This document shows, one piece after another, positions 60,260 through 64,000 of a stretch of 64,000 bases of DNA; positions within the stretch are counted from its first letter, which is position 1, and every line of letters begins with the position of its first letter. Made by a program: the position numbers and the translations under genes. The stretch lies in contig JBESAV010000001.1 of the NCBI GenBank assembly GCA_041242255.1, forward strand, positions 832,001 to 896,000, read 5' to 3'. The DNA comes from Candidatus Altimarinota bacterium (lineage in GTDB: Bacteria > Patescibacteriota > Gracilibacteria > UBA1369 > GCA-2718715). Under the pieces are notes generated by a model that made no database searches, was not told where the DNA came from, and saw only the letters and a program-made list of their open reading frames with translations.

Positions 60260-63200
60260 ATGTATAAATTTATAAACAAACAAACCAAGCTCTTATTAGG
60301 GCAAAAACTTCTATTTAAAAGAAGTGGTCCTTCCGCGGAACCTACTGGAGGTCTAGAAAAAAAAGACGCTCCAGAATCCAAAGAAGCAGTTGTCAAATTA
60401 ACTCAAGAACATCTTGACGCACTAGACAATAAGATCAAACAGTCACACATCAAATTCTCCCAAAAAGAGAGTATTGACTACGACAAAAATGTATTTCGAG
60501 GAAAAACAACCGTTGAGGTTAATAAAAATCAAGAAAACCTTCGAGATGGTTCAAAATTCCAAGTTGAATCAAGAGTTAGAAAAGGTGATAAATTAATACT
60601 CACTGGTGACTACAAAGTACTAGAGTTCACTAATGGAGCAGAAAGAGTTTACTGGGAAGTTAAAGATAGAGCCGGAAACGACTTGTATATATTAGGAGAA
60701 TCAATCACGCCAATTAAAACTATCGATCAAAATAAAGCCACTCCTGAACAAATGAAAAGCGATGGTTTATCAGAAGAGCAAATAAAATTCTTGCAAAAAA
60801 CAAAACAAGAAAAAGAAACCGAACCACAATTCGAACACGTTGACGATATTACAAAAAAAGAACAACCAGAAACTAAAACAGAAAAACAACCCGAAAAAGC
60901 TCCAGAATCTCCAGCTAGAAGATTTGATAGACTTTCAAGCGGGTTAACTTCGTACAAATCTACAAGACTTGAAAACTCAAATCTACAAAACCCTGATTAC
61001 CTTAAAAATCTCCTAAAAAACGACCAATTATCTGATCTTCAAAGATCAAAACTAGAAAACAGCATGAACACACTGGGACTAACCTTCCAAGACATTTCAT
61101 CTATTCTTAAAGATAAATCTAACACCCTACCATTAGGAGAGCTTATTGCAGTAACTCCTGACCAAAGTGAATCAGAATTCGCAGAGCTCAAAAAAGAATT
61201 TGGACTAACTAAACAAGGTAGAAAATTCCAAAAAGAAATAGACGAACTAACTAATTCGAAAGACCCTAATGCAAAATCAGCTTTAGTTGCTAAAGAAAGA
61301 GAAAGAGAAGCAGCCAAAACTCAATACGCAACCGAAGGCTACAAAGAATTCATGGACTACTACAGAAAAAGTCCAGCCTCTAAAAGCATTTTGGTAGGTT
61401 ACATGAAAAAAACGCAAGAACTAGCTAAAAACCCAGACAAACAAGCTGAGTTCGAACTAAGATACAACAAACTACAAAGTATCCTAGAACTAGCCACAAC
61501 CCTGCAAAACCTTAACGTAAGAGAAGCCAAAGTACTCAACACTGATAGCTTCGAAAATATTAATGTTCTTGGAGACGCAACTGCAAAAATCTCTGAATAC
61601 GCAGATATAAACTATGACAGACTAGGACTTGATAAAAACAGGCTAAAAATTGCCAAAGATGTTTTAGATCAGTCAGTTTTTGGTTCAGACGAAAAAAATC
61701 TACAACTTCTTGCCACAATCATGATGGCTACCAACAAAGATTTAGATCAACTCAGAGCAGAAAGAATTATCACCAAACAAGGTAATACAATTACTCTAAA
61801 TCCTGACACACTAGATGCAAGAGACTTGGATAAATTAGTTATCGGACTAGCTTATTCTGAATCACAATCATCGAGCGTCTTTAAGAATCTGTTCGACAAG
61901 GACAACTTAACTGAAAGCTTATCAGCTCTTCAAGAAAGCAATGTCTTTAGTACAGCCAGACAAAAGATGTACGAACACGAAATACGAGAGCACTCATTCG
62001 ACGATCTATCGAAAACTTCTTACCTACATCTAAACCACATCTTCGACAAAAACCACAGCGGAAACACAATTTCTGAAAAAGGTAGAGTCTACAGAAGAAC
62101 TCTAGAAGATAATCTTGGGCAAGCCGAAGTAGGATACGACAGCACATCAATCATTAAACGTTACAGCTCAGAATTAAGTAAATACCAAGATCTACTACTT
62201 GATGTAGAAGAAAACGGAATAGTTAATCCTCAAAAACTTGTAAACAAATTCAACAACCTCATCAAACTCGGTGCACTTGGAGTGCAATTCAATGAAGAGT
62301 TGCCAGCAAAAATGAGAAATTCACTAAAAGAGCAAGGAATGAACGCTAGACCTCTAACAGTAGAAGATCTACGTAAACCACTAAGTACTCAAGCCGTTAA
62401 TCTCATAAGATACGGTGTCGTATACGAAGAACTTAGAAATGACTTCCTTAAAAGCTCAGATAGATCTCCAAATAGACTACTTGAAAGAGCAGGATTCTCT
62501 GAAACTGACCCACAAGCAACTTACTCAGCTCTTGCTACCGCCCTTCAATACATTGAAAACGGTAATGTAGCAGTAGGTGGAGATACTGACAGTATTGATC
62601 TTCCAAACGGATTCAAACTAAAAGGAGCCGGAGCAGTTGGAGTATACTTAATCGAAGATCCAAAAGTTACAACTGGAGCCAGCCTAACAATCAAGAAAGA
62701 TTTAGATAAAAAGAACACTTTCTATGTTTCAACTGGAGCAGGATTTGGCGTTGGACCAGACACACTTACAGGTGGAATTAACGCTGAAGTTGGACTAAGC
62801 TCTAAGACCAGTGAGACCATGACTGCAGAACTAGCAGCCGGTGGTGGACTTACTCTTGCTGGTGTAAATGTATATGTAAGAGGAGGATTGAAAGAAAACA
62901 GAATCCTAAAAGACAAAAACGAAAGAATGGCCTCTGGTCTTGAAAATGTATCAGAAAGAAAACTATCAAAAGAAGAAATTACATACCTAAAAGGTATCGC
63001 AGCTAAACCAAGCTTATCTCCAGAAGATATTGCAAACGCTGCCAAATTCTTCCCAGGACTTGAAGAAACTTTAAGACTAGACCCAGCTCTACAAAAAGTC
63101 TCTCAAGCTGAACTTGAAAACTTCAAATCAAATTACATTCAGACCATCCTTAGGCAGTTAAACAACATGACAACCGAACAAGCCCAAGGTGTAAACTGGA

Positions 63201-64000
63201 ACGCAGCTCTATCAGTTGGTGCATTGATAACACCTACAGGAGCACCAATTCCATACATCATCCCAATGATTGGATTTGAATGGGGTGGTGACACAAGAGT
63301 TATGAAACTTTACGACCATAATAACAAACTGACCGAAATCGAACTTAGAGACCAACTTAGAAAAAGTCTTAAGTCTATGCCAGCTGGAACCAAACTTCAG
63401 ATAGTTTCAGAAAGTGGTTACGCTACTAACATCCAAGGTAAAGAAGTAGTAGTAAAAGGTGGAAACGAATTTATCACCAACCTCGAAATAGGAAATCCAG
63501 TAGAAAAACTAAATGGTCTTAGATCAAACTCTGGACTTGAGTTCTCAAAACTCAATGATGACTTCCTGAAAGTAAACATCGATGACTACAGAAAAGTAAG
63601 AGAAGGTATTAACTCTGCCCAAGCAACCAAAGTAAATGTTTACATTGATCCAGCTTTAGAAAAAAGCTTGAAGCTTGGACACATGGATAATCTTGGAGGA
63701 TTTGGTCTAAAAATGAATCAACAAGCCATACCAGAAAACCTTGTTATCTTGAGAGAGACAATAACTCAACCATCAACTCTAGGTGGAACAACCACTGAAG
63801 TTAAAATCTCATTCACAACTCGTGAAAACATGTTCACCGGTTCAGAGATCGAACAATCATCAAGCCTTTACGACTACATAAGTTTAGATAAATTCGGTAG
63901 ACCAGAACTGAACAGAGAAGAAAACAACCTAAACTTAAATAAACTAAACGTAAACGAAACAGTATCATTCGGTGGAAACTTTACCAACGAAGAAGCTAGA
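60260..64000 (+). CDS. giant hypothetical protein, 3'-partial (>=1247 aa), SH3b-like N-domain
   Basis: ATG 60260 gives MYKFINKQTKLLLGQKLLFKRSGP...; the segments I translated are open and the frame still reads VSFGGNFTNEEAR at 64000; absence from the ORF track is consistent with no stop codon in the window. Confidence 0.9.
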   Translation, partial: MYKFINKQTKLLLGQKLLFKRSGPSAEPTGGLEKKDAPESKEAVVKLTQEHLDALDNKIKQSHIKFSQKESIDYDKNVFRGKTTVEVNKNQENLRDGSKFQVESRVRKGDKLILTGDYKVLEFTNGAERVYWEVKDRAGNDLYILGESITPIKTIDQNKATPEQMKSDGLSEEQIKFLQKTKQEKETEPQFEHVDDITKKEQPETKTEKQPEKAPESPARRFDRLSSGLTSYKSTRLENSNLQNPDYLKNLLKNDQLSDLQRSKLENSMNTLGLTFQDISSILKDKSNTLPLGELIAVTPDQSESEFAELKKEFGLTKQGRKFQKEIDELTNSKDPNAKSALVAKEREREAAKTQYATEGYKEFMDYYRKSPASKSILVGYMKKTQELAKNPDKQAEFELRYNKLQSILELATTLQNLNVREAKVLNTDSFENINVLGDATAKISEYADINYDRLGLDKNRLKIAKDVLDQSVFGSDEKNLQLLATIMMATNKDLDQLRAERIITKQGNTITLNPDTLDARDLDKLVIGLAYSESQSSSVFKNLFDKDNLTESLSALQESNVFSTARQKMYEHEIREHSFDDLSKTSYLHLNHIFDKNHSGNTISEKGRVYRRTLEDNLGQAEVGYDSTSIIKRYSSELSKYQDLLLDVEENGIVNPQKLVNKFNNLIKLGALGVQFNEELPAKMRNSLKEQGMNARPLTVEDLRKPLSTQAVNLIRYGVVYEELRNDFLKSSDRSPNRLLERAGFSETDPQATYSALATALQYIENGNVAVGGDTDSIDLPNGFKLKGAGAVGVYLIEDPKVTTGASLTIKKDLDKKNTFYVSTGAGFGVGPDTLTGGINAEVGLSSKTSETMTAELAAGGGLTLAGVNVYVRGGLKENRILKDKNERMASGLENVSERKLSKEEITYLKGIAAKPSLSPEDIANAAKFFPGLEETLRLDPALQKVSQAELENFKSNYIQTILRQLNNMTTEQAQGVNWNAALSVGALITPTGAPIPYIIPMIGFEWGGDTRVMKLYDHNNKLTEIELRDQLRKSLKSMPAGTKLQIVSESGYATNIQGKEVVVKGGNEFITNLEIGNPVEKLNGLRSNSGLEFSKLNDDFLKVNIDDYRKVREGINSAQATKVNVYIDPALEKSLKLGHMDNLGGFGLKMNQQAIPENLVILRETITQPSTLGGTTTEVKISFTTRENMFTGSEIEQSSSLYDYISLDKFGRPELNREENNLNLNKLNVNETVSFGGNFTNEEAR

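Noticed and set aside
1110-63045. Many 60-140 aa ORFs overlapping well-supported genes (for example 4026..4451, 23755..24120, 62722..63045)
   Set aside because: They lie antisense to or out of frame within recognisable genes; the G-poor + strand reduces stop frequency and inflates such ORFs.
1-64000. CRISPR arrays, IS elements, prophage, rRNA, introns or inteins
   Set aside because: No regularly spaced repeats, transposase, integrase or phage motifs, or unexplained large insertions were seen by eye; weak signals could have been missed.

Overview
Compact, AT-rich bacterial chromosome segment with about 61 genes. Gene content suggests a Patescibacteria/CPR organism of the Peregrinibacteria/Gracilibacteria kind (inference from an archaeal-type AMP phosphorylase and triosephosphate isomerase, VirB2-like pilin paralogs, several SLH proteins and a type IV pilus cluster). 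Housekeeping genes include secA, galU, ftsH, tilS, ftsK, metG, gltX, pta-ackA, rpmH-rnpA-yidC-jag, dnaG-rpoD-greA, murE-truB, hpf, asnS and tpiA, plus RNase P RNA and tRNA-Glu(TTC). Two genes absent from the ORF track are added: rpmH, and a giant ORF (>=1247 codons) that runs off the right edge. The most notable observations are: (1) TGA is nearly unused, ending only 1 of 60 genes by my count and never appearing in frame; (2) a tandem array of five VirB2/TrbC-like pilins with variable heads follows ftsK and a type IV pilus cluster; (3) the giant protein has an SH3b-like N-terminus and Gly-rich amphipathic beta-hairpins; (4) scattered orphan genes share a short helical motif, or carry a TTGACA promoter butted against the upstream stop codon; (5) extreme strand compositional skew. 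I saw no CRISPR array, transposase, integrase or phage genes. All family calls are by motif recognition, not database search.
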